64,000 nucleotides of DNA, from the NCBI RefSeq assembly GCF_009914755.1, contig NC_060933.1. One strand, 5' to 3'. The position numbers were made by a program, and so were the translations under genes. A model generated the notes under the pieces. It was not told the DNA's origin, made no database searches, and saw nothing but the letters and a program-made list of their open reading frames with translations. This DNA comes from the human T2T-CHM13v2.0 reference genome, Homo sapiens. Of this stretch, positions 25,502-39,200 are shown one piece after another (positions within the stretch are counted from its first letter, which is position 1; every line of letters begins with the position of its first letter).

Positions 25502-28500
25502 TTAGTTTCCGTTCCATTCCATTCCCTTCCATTCCACTCGGGTTGATTCCATTCTATTAGTTTCCGTTCCATTCCATTCCCTTCCATTCCACTCTGGTTG
25601 ATTCCTTTCCTTTCCATTCCACTCGAATACATTCCCTCCTATTCCACTCGGAACGATTCCATTCCATTCCATTCCATTCCATTCCATTCCACTCCATTCC
25701 ATTCCATTCCATTTCGTTCCATTCCATTCTATTCCGTACCATTCCATTCCATTCCATTCCATTCCATTCCATTCCACTCCATTCCATTCCATTCCATTCC
25801 ATTCCATTCCGTTCCATTCCATTCCGTTCCATTCCATTTCATTACATTCAGATTGATTCTATTCAATTCCCTAACACTCCATTACATTCCATTCCATTCG
25901 GGTTGTTTCCATTCCATTCCATTCCATTCCATTCCGGATGATTCCGTTCCATTGCATTCCATTCCATTCCATGCCCCTGCACTCGGGTGGATTCCATTCC
26001 ATTCCATTCCATTCCATTCCATTCCATTCCGTTCCGTTCCTTTCCATTCCATTCCATTCCATTCCATTCCGTTCCTTTCCATTCCATTCCATTCCATACT
26101 ATTCGGGTTAATTCCATTCCATTCCATTCGATTGCAATCGAGTTGATTCCATTCCATTCCATTCCATTCGATTCCATTCCATTCCAATTCTTTCCATTCC
26201 ATTCTATTCCGTACCATTCCATTCCATTCCATACAATTCCATTCCATTCCTTTCCATTACATTCCATTCCGTTCCGTTCCGTTCCATTCCGTTCTATTCC
26301 ATTCCATTCCATTCTATTCCATTCCATTGCAATCGAGTTGAATCCATTGCATTCCATTCCATTCCATTCCATTCCATTCCATTCCATTCCATTCCGGAAG
26401 ATTCCATTCCATTGCATTCCATTCCATTCCATTCCCCTGCACTCGCGTTTATTCCCTTCAATTCCATTCCATTCCATTCCATTCCTTTCCATTCCGTTCC
26501 GTTCCGTTCCATTCCATTCCATTCCATTCCATTCCATTCCGTTCCGTTCTGTTCCATTCCATTCCATTCCATTCTATTCGGGTTAATTCCATTCCATTCC
26601 ATTCGATTGCAATCGATTTGATTCCATTCCATTCCATTCCATTCCATTCCATTCCATTCCATTCCATTTCGCATGATTCCATTCCATTGCATTCCATTCC
26701 ATCCCGTTCCCCTGTACTCGGGTTGATTCCATTCCATTCCATTCCATTCCATTCCATGCCATTCCACTCGTGTTGATTCCATTCTTTCCATTCCATTCAA
26801 GTTGAATCCATTCCATTGCATTCCATTCCATTCGATTCCATTCGATTGCATTCGGGTTGATTCCATTCCATTGCATTGCATTCCATTCCATTCCATTCCA
26901 TTCCATTCCCTTCCATTCCATTCCATTCCATTCCATTATATTAGGGTTAATTCCATTCCATTCCATTCCATTCCATTCCATTCCATTCCATTCCATTCCA
27001 TTCCAGTGCAATCGAGTTGATTCCATTCCATTCCATTCCATTCCATTCCATTTCATTCCATTCCATTCAATTCCGGATGATTCCATTCCATTGCCTTCCA
27101 TTCCATTCCATTCCACTGCACTCGGGTTGATTCCATTCCATTCCATTCCATTCCATTCCATTCCATTCCATTCCATTCCGGATGATTCCGTTCCATTGCA
27201 TTCCATTCCATTCCATGCCCCTGCACTCGGGTGGATTCCATTCCATTCCATTCCATTCCATTCCATTCCATTCCATTCCGTTCCGTTCCTTTCCATTCCA
27301 TTCCATTCCATTCCATTCCGTTCCGTTCCATTCCATTCCATTCCATACTATTCGGGTTAATTCCATTCCATTCCATTCGATTGCAATCGAGTTGATTCCA
27401 TTCCATTCCATTCCATTCGATTCCATTCCATTCCAATTCTTTCCATTCCATTCTATTCCGTACCATTCCATTCCATTCCATACAATTCCATTCCATTCCT
27501 TTCCATTACATTCCATTCCGTTCCGTTCCGTTCCGTTCCGTTCCATTCCATTCCATTCCATTCTATTCCATTCCATTGCAATCGAGTTGAATCCATTGCA
27601 TTCCATTCCATTCCATTCCATTCCATTCCATTCCATTCCATTCCGGAAGATTCCATTCCATTGCATTCCATTCCATTCCATTCCCCTGCACTCGCGTTTA
27701 TTCCCTTCAATTCCATTCCATTCCATTCCATTCCTTTCCATTCCGTTCCGTTCCGTTCCATTCCATTCCATTCCATTCCATTCCATTCCATTCCGTTCCG
27801 TTCTGTTCCATTCCATTCCATTCCATTCTATTCGGGTTAATTCCATTCCATTCCATTCGATTGCAATCGATTTGATTCCATTCCATTCCATTCCATTCCA
27901 TTCCATTCCATTCCATTTCGCATGATTCCATTCCATTGCATTCCATTCCATCCCGTTCCCCTGTACTCGGGTTGATTCCATTCCATTCCATTCCATTCCA
28001 TGCCATTCCACTCGTGTTGATTCCATTCTTTCCATTCCATTCAAGTTGAATCCATTCCATTGCATTCCATTCCATTCGATTCCATTCGATTGCACTCGGG
28101 TTGATTCCATTCCATTGCATTGCATTCCATTCCATTCCATTCCATTCCATTCCCTTCCATTCCATTCCATTCCATTCCATTATATTAGGGTTAATTCCAT
28201 TCCATTCCATTCCATTCCATTCCATTCCATTCCATTCCATTCCATTCCAGTGCAATCGAGTTGATTCCATTCCATTCCATTCCATTCCATTCCATTCCAT
28301 TCCATTCCATTCAATTCCGGATGATTCCATTCCATTGCCTTCCATTGCATTCCATTCCACTGCACTCGGGTTGATTCCATTCCATTCCATTCCATTCCAT
28401 TCCATTCCATTTCATTTCGTTCCATTCCATTCTATTCCATTCCAATCCATTCCATTCCATTCCATTTCATTTCGTTCCATTCCATTCTCTTCCGGACCAT

Positions 28501-28790
28501 TCCATTCCATTCCATTCCATGCTATTCCACTCCGGTTGATTCCATTCCTTTCCATTCCATTCGACTTGAATCCATTCCATTCCATTCAATTCCATTCGAT
28601 TCCATTCCATTGCACACGGGTTCATTCCATTCCATTCCATTCCATTCCATTCAATTCCGGATGATTCCATTCCATTGCCTTCCATTCCATTCCATTCCAC
28701 TGCACTCGGGTTGATTCCATTCCATTCCATTCCATTCCATTCCATTCCATTCCATTCCATTTCATTTCGTTCCATTCCATTCTATTCCAT
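25502..28790 (+). repeat. HOR unit 5 (partial; terminal copy)
   Basis: Collinear with unit 4 until about 28785, where CTATTGCATACC (22443 in unit 4) is replaced by CTATTCCATTCCAATCC and the sequence runs into the diverged domain. Confidence 0.85.
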
Positions 28791-31700
28791 TCCAATCCAT
28801 TCCATTCCATTCCATTTCATTTCGTTCCATTCCATTCTCTTCCGGACCATTCCATTCCATTCCATTCCATGCTATTCCACTCGGGTTGATTCCATTCCTT
28901 TCCATTCCATTCGACTTGAATCCATTCCATTCCATTCCATTCCATTCCATTCCTTTCCATTGCACACGGGTTCATTCCATTCCATTCCATTGCATTCCAT
29001 TCCATTCCATTCCATTCCATTTCGTTCCATTCCATTCTCTTCCGTACCATTCCATTCCATTCCATTCCACTCCATTCCATGCCATTCTGCTCGGGTTTAT
29101 TCCATTCCTTTCCATTCCATTCGGGTTGAATCCATTCCATTCCTTTCCATTCCATTCAATTCCATTACATTGCACTCGGGTTGATTCCATTCCATTCCAT
29201 TCCATTTCATTCCATTCCATTCCATTCCATTCCATTTCGTTTCATTCCAATCTCTTCCGTACCATTCCATTCCATTCCATTCCATTCCACTCCATTCCAT
29301 GCCCTTCCACTCGGGTTTATTCCATTCCTTTCCATTCCATTCGGGTTGAATCCTTTCCATTCCGTTCAATTCCATTCAATTCCATTACATTGCACTCGAG
29401 TTGATTCCATTCCATTCCATTCCATTCCATGCCATCCCACTCGGGTTGATTCCATTCCTTTCCATTCCATTCGAGTTGAACCCATTCCATTCCATTCCAT
29501 TCCATTCCATTCCATTCCATTCCATTGCACACGGGTTCATTCCATTCCATTCCATTCCATTCCACTCCATTCCATTCCATTTCGTTCCATTCCATTCTAT
29601 TCCATACCATTCCTTTCAATTCCATTCCCTTCCATGCCATTTCACTCGGGTTTATTAAATTCTTTTCAATTCCATTCGGGTTGAATCCATTCCATTCCAT
29701 TCCATTCCATTCCATTCCATTCCATTCCATTCCATTCGATTCCATTCCATTGCACTCGGGTTGATTCCATTCCTTTCCATGCCATTCCATTTCATTCCAT
29801 TCCATTCCGTTCCATTCCATTCCATTCCATTCAATTCAATTCCGTTCCATTCCATTACATTACATTCGGATTGATTCTTTTTAATTCCCTTACACTCCAT
29901 TACATTCCATTCCATTCGGGTACTTTCCATTCCATTCCATTCCATTCCACTGCATTCTATTGCACTCGGGTTGATTGATTCCATTCCTTTGCATTCCATT
30001 CAATTCCATTCCATTCCGGATGATTCCATTCCATTGCATCCCATTCCATTCCATTCCCCTGCACTCGGGTTGATCCCATTCCATTGCATTCCATTCCATT
30101 CCATTCCATTCCATTGCATTCCATTCCGTTCCATTTCATTCCATTCCATTCCATTCTGTTCAGGTTAATTCCATTCCATTCCATTCCCTTCCATTCCATT
30201 CCATTCCATTCCATTCCATTGCAATCGAGTTGATTCCATTGCATTCCATTCCATTCCATTGCATTGCATTCCATTCCATTCCATTCCCCTGTACTCAGAA
30301 TGATTCCATTCCATTCCATTCCATTCCATTCCGTTCCATTCCATTCCATTCCATTTTATTCGCGTTAATTCCATTCCATTCCATTCCATTCCATTCCGTA
30401 TGATTCCATTCCATTGCATTTCATTCCATTCAATTCCCCAGCACTCGGGTGGATTCCAGTCTATTCCATTCCATTCCATTCCATTCCATTCCGTTCCATT
30501 CCATTCCATTATATTCGGATTGAATCTATTCAATTCCCTTACACTTCATTACCTTCCATTCCATTCGGGTTGTTTCCATTCCATTCTATTCCATTCCACT
30601 CCATTCCATTGCAATCGGGTTGATTCCATTCCATTCCATTCCATTCCATTCCGTATCATTCCATTCCATTGCATTCCATTCCAGTCAATTCCACTGCACT
30701 CGGGTGGATTCCATTCTATTCCATTCCATTCCATTCCATTCCATTCCATTCCATTCCATTCCATTCTATTCGGGTTAATTTCATTCCATTCCATTTTGTT
30801 CCATTCCATTCTATTCCGTACCATTCCATTCCATTCCATTCCATTCCATTCCATTCCATGCCATTCCACTCGGGTTAATTCCATTCCTTTCCATTAAATT
30901 CGTGTTGAATCCATTCCATTCGATTCCATTTCATTCGATTCCATTCCATTGCACTGGGGTCCATTCCATTCCATTCCGTTCCATTCCATTCCATTACATT
31001 CGGATTGGTTGTATTCAATTCCCTTACACTCTATTTCATTCCATTCCATTCGGGTTGTTTCCATTCCATTCCATTCCATTCCACTCCATTCCATTGCACT
31101 CGGGTTCATTCCATTCCATTCCATTCCATTGCATTCCATTTCGTTCCATTCCATTCTATTCCGTACCATTCCATTCCATTCCATTCCATGCCATTCCACT
31201 CGGGTTGATTCCATTCCTTTCCATTCCATTTGGGTTGAATCTAATCCAATCCATTCCATTCCATTCCATTCCATTCCATTCCATTCCATTCCATTCCATT
31301 CCATTCCATTGAAGTCCTTTCCATTCCATTCCACTCGTGTTGATTCCATTTTATTAGTTTCCATTCCATTCCATTCCCTTCCATTCCACTCTGGTTGATT
31401 CCATTCCTTTCCATTCCACTCGAATTCATTCCCTTCTATTCCTTCGGAATGATTCCATTGCATTCCGTTCCATTCCATTCCATTCCATTCCATTTCGTTC
31501 CATTGCATTCTATTCCGTACCCTTCCATTCCATTCCATTCCATGCCATTCCACTCCGGTTGATTCCATTGTTTTCCATTCCATTTGGGTTGAATCCATTC
31601 CATTCCATTCCATTCCATTCCATTCCATTCCATTGCACTAGGTTTGATTTCATTCCACTGCATTCCATTCCATTCCATTCCATTCCATTCCATTCCGTTC

Positions 31701-34700
31701 CATTCAATTCCCTTACATTCGGATTGATTGTATTCAATTCCCTTACACTCCATTACATTCCATTCCATTCGGGTTATTTCCATTCCATTCCATTCCATTC
31801 CATTCCATTCCATTGCACTCGGGTTGATTCCATTCCATTCAATTCCATTCCATTCCATTTCGTTCCATTCCAGTCTATTCCGTACCATTCCATTCCATTC
31901 CATTCCAGTCCATTCCATTCCTTTCCGTATGATTCCATTCCATTGCATTCCATTCCATTCCATTCCCTTGCACTCGGGTGGATTCCATTCTATTCCATTC
32001 CATTCCATTCCATTCCATTCCATTCCATTCCATTCTATTCGGGTTAATTTGATTCCATTCCATTCCATTGCATTCCATTCCATTCCATTCCACTGCACTC
32101 GGGTTGATTCCATTCCATTCCATTCCATTCCATTCCATTCCATTCCATTCCATTTCATTTCGTTCCATTCCATTCTATTCCATTCCAATCCATTCCATTG
32201 CTTTCCATTTCATTTCGTTCCATTCCATTCTCTTCCGGACCATTCCATTCCATTCCATTCCATGCCATTCCACTCCGGTTGATTCCATTCCTTTCCATTC
32301 CATTCGACTTGAATCCATTCCATTCCATTCCATTCCATTCCATTCCTTTCCATTGCACACGTGTTCATTCCATTCCATTTCGTTCCATTCCATTCTCTTC
32401 CGTACCATTCCATTCCATTCCATTCCATTCCATTCCACTCCATTCCATGGCATTCCGCTCGGGTTTATTCCATTCCTTTCCATTCCATTCGGGTTGAATC
32501 CATTCCATTCCATTCCATTCCATTCAATTCCATTACATTGCACTCGGGTTGATTCCATTCCATTCCATTCCATTCCATTCCATTCCATTCCATTTCGTTT
32601 CATTCCATTCTCTTCCGTACCATTCCATTCCATTCCATTCCATTCCACTCCATTCCATGCCATTCCACTCGGGTTTATTCCATTCCTTTCCATTCCATTC
32701 GGGTTGAATCCTTTCCATTCCGTTCAATTCCATTCAATTCCATTACATTGCACTTGAGTTGATTCCATTCCATTCCATTCCATTCCATTTCATTACATTG
32801 CATTCCATTCCATTCCATTCCATGCTATTGCACTCGGGTTGATTCCATTCCTTTCCATTCCATTCGAGTTGAACCCATTCCATTCCATTCCATTCCATTC
32901 CATTGCACACGGGTTCATTCTATTCCATTCCATTCCATTCCATTCCGTTTCGTTCCATTCCATTCTATTCCGTACCATTCCTTTCCATTCCATTCCCTTC
33001 CATGCCATTTCACTCGGGTTTATTCCATTCCTTTCCATTCCATTCGGGTTGAATCCATTCCATTCCATTCCATTCCATTCCATTCCATTCCATTCCATTC
33101 CATTGCACTCGGGTTGATTCCATTCCATTCCATGCCATTCCATTTCATTCCATTCCATTCCGTTCCATTCCATTCTATTCAATTCAATTCAATTCCGTTC
33201 CATTCCATTCCATTCCATTCCATTGCATTCCGGATGATTCCATTCCATTACATTCCATTCCATTCCATTCCCCTGCACGCGGGTTGATCCCATTCCATTG
33301 CATTCCATTCCATTCCATTCCATTCCATTGCATTCCATTTCGTTCCATTCCATTCCATTCCATTCCATTCTGTTCAGGTTAATTCCATTCCATTCCATTC
33401 CCTTCCATTCCATTCCATTCCATTCCATTCCATTGCAATCGAGTTGATTCCATTGCATTCCATTCCATTCCATTCCATTCCATTCTGTTCAGGTTAATTC
33501 CATTCCATTCCATTCCCTTCCATTCCATTACATTCCATTCCATTCCATTCCCCTGCACGCGGGTTGATCCCATTCCATTGCATTCCATTCCATTCCATTC
33601 CATTCCATTGCATTCCATTTCGTTCCATTCCATTCCATTCCATTCCATTCTGTTCAGGTTAATTCCATTCCATTCCATTCCCTTCCATTCCATTCCATTC
33701 CATTCCATTCCATTGCAATCGAGTTGATTCCATTGCATTCCATTCCATTCCATTGCATTGCATTCCATTCCATTCCATTCCCCTGTACTCAGAATGATTC
33801 CATTCCATTCCATTCCTTTCCATTCCGTTCCATTCCATTTCATTCCATTCCATTCCATTCCATTCCGTATGATTCCATTCCATTGCATTCCATTCCATTC
33901 AATTCCCCTGCACTCGCGTTGATTCCATTCCATTCCATTCCATTCCAATCCATTCCATTCCATTGCATTCCATTTCGTTCCATTCCATTCCATTCCTTTC
34001 CATTCCGTTCCATTCCATTCCATTCCATTCCATTCCATTCCATTCCGTATGATTCCATTCCATTGCATTCCATTCCATTCAATTCCCCTGCACTCGGGTG
34101 GATTCCATTCTATTCCATTCCATTCCATTCCATTCCATTCCATTCCATTCCGTTCCATTCCATTCCATTACATTCGGATTGAATCTATTCAATTCCCTTA
34201 CACTCCATTACCTTCCATTCCATTCGGGTTGTTTCCTTTCCATTCCATTCCATTCCACTCCATTCCATTGCAATCCGGTTGATTCTATTCCATTCCATTC
34301 CATTCCATTCCGTATGATTCCATTCCATTGCATTCCATTCCAGTCCGTTCCACTGCACTCGGGTGGATTCCATTCTATTCCATTCCATTCCATTCCATTC
34401 CCTTCCTTTCCGTTCCATTCCATTCCATTCCATTGAAGTCCTTTCCATTCCATTCCACTCGTGTTGATTCCATTTTATTAGTTTCCATTCCATTCCATTC
34501 CCTTCCATTCCACTCTGGTTGATTCCATTCCTTTCCATTCCACTCGAATTCATTCCCTTCTATTCCTTTCGGAATGATTCCATTGCATTCCGTTCCATTC
34601 CATTCCATTCCATTCCTTTTCGTTCCATTGCATTCTATTCCGTACCATTCCATTCCATTCCATTCCATGCCATTCCACTCCGGTTGATTCCATTGTTTTC

Positions 34701-36240
34701 CATTCCATTTGGGTTGAATCCATTCCATTCCATTCCATCCCATTCCATTCCATTGCACTAGGTTTGATTTCATTCCACTGCATTCCATTCCATTCCATTC
34801 CATTGCATTCCATTCCGTTCCATTCAATTCCATTACATTCGGATTGATTGTATTCAATTCCCTTACACTCCATTACATTCCATTCCATTCGGGTTATTTC
34901 CATTCCATTCCATTCCATTCCATTGCACTCCATTCCATGCCATTCCACTCGGGTTTATTCCATTCCTTTCCATTCCATTCGGGTTGAATCCTTTCCATTC
35001 CGTTCAATTCCATTCAATTCCATTACATTGCACTCGAGTTGATTCCATTCCATTCCATTCCATTTCATTACATTGCATTCCATTCCATTCCATTCCATGC
35101 TATTGCACTCGGGTTGATTCCATTCCTTTCCATTCCATTCGAGTTGAACCCATTCCATTCCATTCCATTCCATTCCATTGCACACGGGTTCATTCCATTC
35201 CATTCCATTCCATTCCATTCCATTCCATTTCGTTCCATTCCATTCTATTCCGTACCATTCCTTTCCATTCCATTCCCTTCCATGCCATTTCACTCGGGTT
35301 TATTCCATTCCTTCCCATTCCATTCGGGTTGAATCCATTCCATTCCATTCCATTCCATTCCATTCCATTCCATTACATTACACTCGGGTTGATTCCATTC
35401 CATTTCATGCCATTCCATTTCATTCCATTCCATTCCGTTCCATTCCATTCCATTCAATTCAATTCAATTCCGTTCCATTCCATTCCATTACATTCGGATT
35501 GATTCTTTTTAATTGCCTTACAGTCCATTACATTACATTCCATTTGGGTACTTTCCATTCCATTCCATTCCATTCCACTGCATTATATTGCACTCGGGTT
35601 GATTGATTCCATTCCTTTGCATTCCATTCAATTCCATTCCATTCCGGATGATTCCATTCCATTACATTCCATTCCATTCCATTCCCCTGCACGCGGCTTG
35701 ATCCCATTCCATTGCATTCCATTCCATTCCATTCCATTCCATTGCATTCCATTTCTTTCCATTCCATTCCATTCCATTCCATTCTGTTCAGGTTAATTCC
35801 ATTCCATTCCATTCCCTTCCATTCCATTCCATTCCATTCCATTCCATTGCAATCGAGTTGATTCCATTGCATTCCATTCCATTCCATTGCATTGCATTCC
35901 ATTCCATTCCATTCCCCTGTACTCAAAATGATTCCATTCCATTCCATTCCATTCCATTCCGTTCCATTCCATTCCATTCCATTCCATTCCATTCCGTATG
36001 ATTCCATTCCATTGCATTCCATTCCATTCAATTCCCCTGCACTCGGGTGGATTCAATTCTATTCCATTCCATTCCTTTCCATTCCGTTCCATTCCATTCC
36101 ATTACATTCGGATTGAATCTATTCAATTCCCTTACACTCCATTACCTTCCATTCCATTCGGGTTGTTCCATTCCGTTAAATTCCATTCCACTCCATTCCA
36201 TTGCAATCGGGTTGATTCCATTCCATTCCATTCCATTCCA

Positions 36241-39200
36241 TTCCGTATGATTCCATTCCATTGCATTCCATTCCAGTCCGTTCCACTGCACTCGGGTGGA
36301 TTCCATTCTATTCCATTCCATTCCATTCCATTCCATTCCATTCCATTCCATTCCATTCCATTCCATTGAAGTCCTTTCCATTGCATTCCACTCGTGTTGA
36401 TTCCATTTTATTAGTTTCCATTCCATTCCATTCCCTTCCATTCCACTCTGGTTGATTCCATTCCTTTCCATTCCACTCGAATTCATTCCCTTCTATTCCT
36501 TTCGGAATGATTCCATTGCATTCCGTTCCATTCCATTCCATTTCATTCCATTTCGTTCCATTGCATTCTATTCCGTACCATTCCATTCCATTCCATTCCA
36601 TGCCATTCCACTCCGGTTGATTCCGTTGTTTTCCATTCCATTTGGGGTGAATCCATTCCATTCCATTCCATTCCATTCCATTCCATTCCATTCCATTGCA
36701 CTAGGTTTGATTTCATTCCACTGCATTCCATTCCATTCCATTCCATTCCATTCCATTCCGTTCCATTGAATTCCATTACATTCGGATTGATTGTATTCAA
36801 TTCCCTTACACTCCATTACATTCCATTCCATTCGGGTTATTTCCATTCCATTCCATTCCATTCCATTCCATTCCATTGCACTCGGGTTGATTCCATTCCA
36901 TTCAATTCCATTCCATTCCATTTCGTTCCATTCCAGTCTATTCCGTACCATTCCATTCCATTCCATTCCAGTCCATTCCATTCCTTTCCGTATGATTCCA
37001 TTCCATTGCATTCCATTCCATTCCCTTGCACTCGGGTGGATTCCATTCTATTCCATTCCATTCCATTCCATTCCATTCCATTCCATTCCATTCCATTCCA
37101 TTCCATTCTATTCGGGTTAATTTGATTCCATTCCATTCCATTCCGTTCCATTCCATTCCATTCCATTCAGATTGATTCTATTCAATTCCCTTACACTCCA
37201 TTACATTACATTCCATTCGTGTTGTTTCCATTCCATTCCATTGCAATCCATTCCATTACATTCCATTCTATTCGGGTTAATTCCATTCCATTCCATTCCC
37301 TTCCATTCCATTCCATTGCATTCCATTCCATTCTATTCGGGTTAATTCCATTCCATTCCATTCCCTTCCATTCCATTCCATTGCATTCCATTCCATTCTA
37401 TTCGGGTTAATTCCATTCCATTCCATTCCATTGCATTCCATTCCATTCCATTCCGTATGATTCCATTCCATTGCATTCCATTCCATTCCATTCCCCTGCA
37501 CTCGTGTGGATTCCATTCTATTCCATTCCATTCCATTCCCTTACATTCCATTCCATTCCATTCCATTCCATTCCATTCCATTCCATTCCATTCTATTCGG
37601 GTTAATTTGATTCCATTCCATTCCATTCCATTCCGTTCCATTCCATTCCTTTCCATTCGGATTGATTCTATTCAATTCCCTTACACTCAATTACATTCCA
37701 TTCCATTCGTGTTGTTTCCATTCCATTCCATTCCATTCCATTACATTACATTACATTCTATTCGGGTTAATTCCATTCAATTCCATTCCCTTCCATTCCA
37801 TTCCATTGCATTCCATTCCATTCCATTCCATTCCATTATATTCGGGTTAATTCCATTCCATTCCATTCCATTCCATTCCATTCCATTCCATTCCATTCCA
37901 TTCCATTCCATTTCAATCGTGTTGATTCGATTGCATTCCATTCCATTCCATTCCATTCCATTCCATTCCATTCCATTCCATTCCAGATGATTCCATTCCA
38001 TTACCTTCCATTCCATTCCATTCCCCTGCACTCGGGTGAATTCCATTCTATTCCATTCCATTCTATTCCGTACCATTCCATTCCATTCCATTCCATTCCA
38101 TTCCATGGCATTCCACTCGGGATGATTCCATTCCCTTCCATTCCATTCGAGTTGAATCCATTCCATTCCATTCCATTCCATTCCATTCCATTCCATTCCA
38201 TTCCATTCCGTATGATTCCATTCCATTGCATTCCATTCCAGTCCGTTCCACTGCACTCGGGTGGATTCCATTCTATTCCATTCCATTCCATTCCATTCCA
38301 TTCCATTCCATTCCATTCCATTCCATTCCATTGAAGTCCTTTCCATTGCATTCCACTCGTGTTGATTCCATTTTATTAGTTTCCATTCCATTCCATTCCC
38401 TTCCATTCCACTCTGGTTGATTCCATTCCTTTCCATTCCACTCGAATTCATTCCCTTCTATTCCTTTCGGAATGATTCCATTGCATTCCGTTCCATTCCA
38501 TTCCATTTCATTCCATTTCGTTCCATTGCATTCTATTCCGTACCATTCCATTCCATTCCATTCCATGCCATTCCACTCCGGTTGATTCCGTTGTTTTCCA
38601 TTCCATTTGGGGTGAATCCATTCCATTCCATTCCATTCCATTCCATTCCATTCCATTCCATTCCATTGCACTAGGTTTGATTTCATTCCACTGCATTCCA
38701 TTCCATTCCATTCCATTCCATTCCATTCCGTTCCATTGAATTCCATTACATTCGGATTGATTGTATTCAATTCCCTTACACTCCATTACATTCCATTCCA
38801 TTCGGGTTATTTCCATTCCATTCCATTCCATTCCATTGCATTCCATTGCACTCGGGTTGATTCCATTCCATTCAATTCCATTCCATTCCATTTCGTTCCA
38901 TTCCAGTCTATTCCGTACCATTCCATTCCATTCCATTCCAGTCCATTCCATTCCTTTCCGTATGATTCCATTCCATTGCATTCCATTCCATTCCCTTGCA
39001 CTCGGGTGGATTCCATTCTATTCCATTCCATTCCATTCCATTCCATTCCATTCCATTCCATTCCATTCCATTCTATTCGGGTTAATTTGATTCCATTCCA
39101 TTCCATTCCGTTCCATTCCATTCCATTCCATTCAGATTGATTCTATTCAATTCCCTTACACTCCATTACATTACATTCCATTCGTGTTGTTTCCATTCCA

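Larger units (their letters stand above)
1..28790 (+). repeat. Homogeneous higher-order repeat (HOR) domain, about 4.5 copies of a ~6.36 kb unit
   Basis: The landmark CAGATTGATTCTATTCAATTCCCTAACACT recurs at about 433, 6937, 13131, 19495 and 25849. Equivalent 111 aa artefact ORFs start at 86, 6590, 12784, 19148 and 25502 (spacings 6504, 6194, 6364, 6354). The order of rare words is conserved between copies. Confidence 0.95.

Noticed and set aside
1-28790. CRISPR-like repeat/spacer organisation (constant words separated by intervening sequence)
   Set aside because: The intervening sequence is CATTC repeat, not unique spacers. There is no leader or cas gene, and the context is a primate satellite.
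29968-29983. GGGTTGATTGATTCC and GGTTAATTTGATT as DUX4 double-homeodomain sites
   Set aside because: They do not match TAAYYYAATCA or its complement TGATTRRRTTA, and are better explained as small duplications or substitutions.
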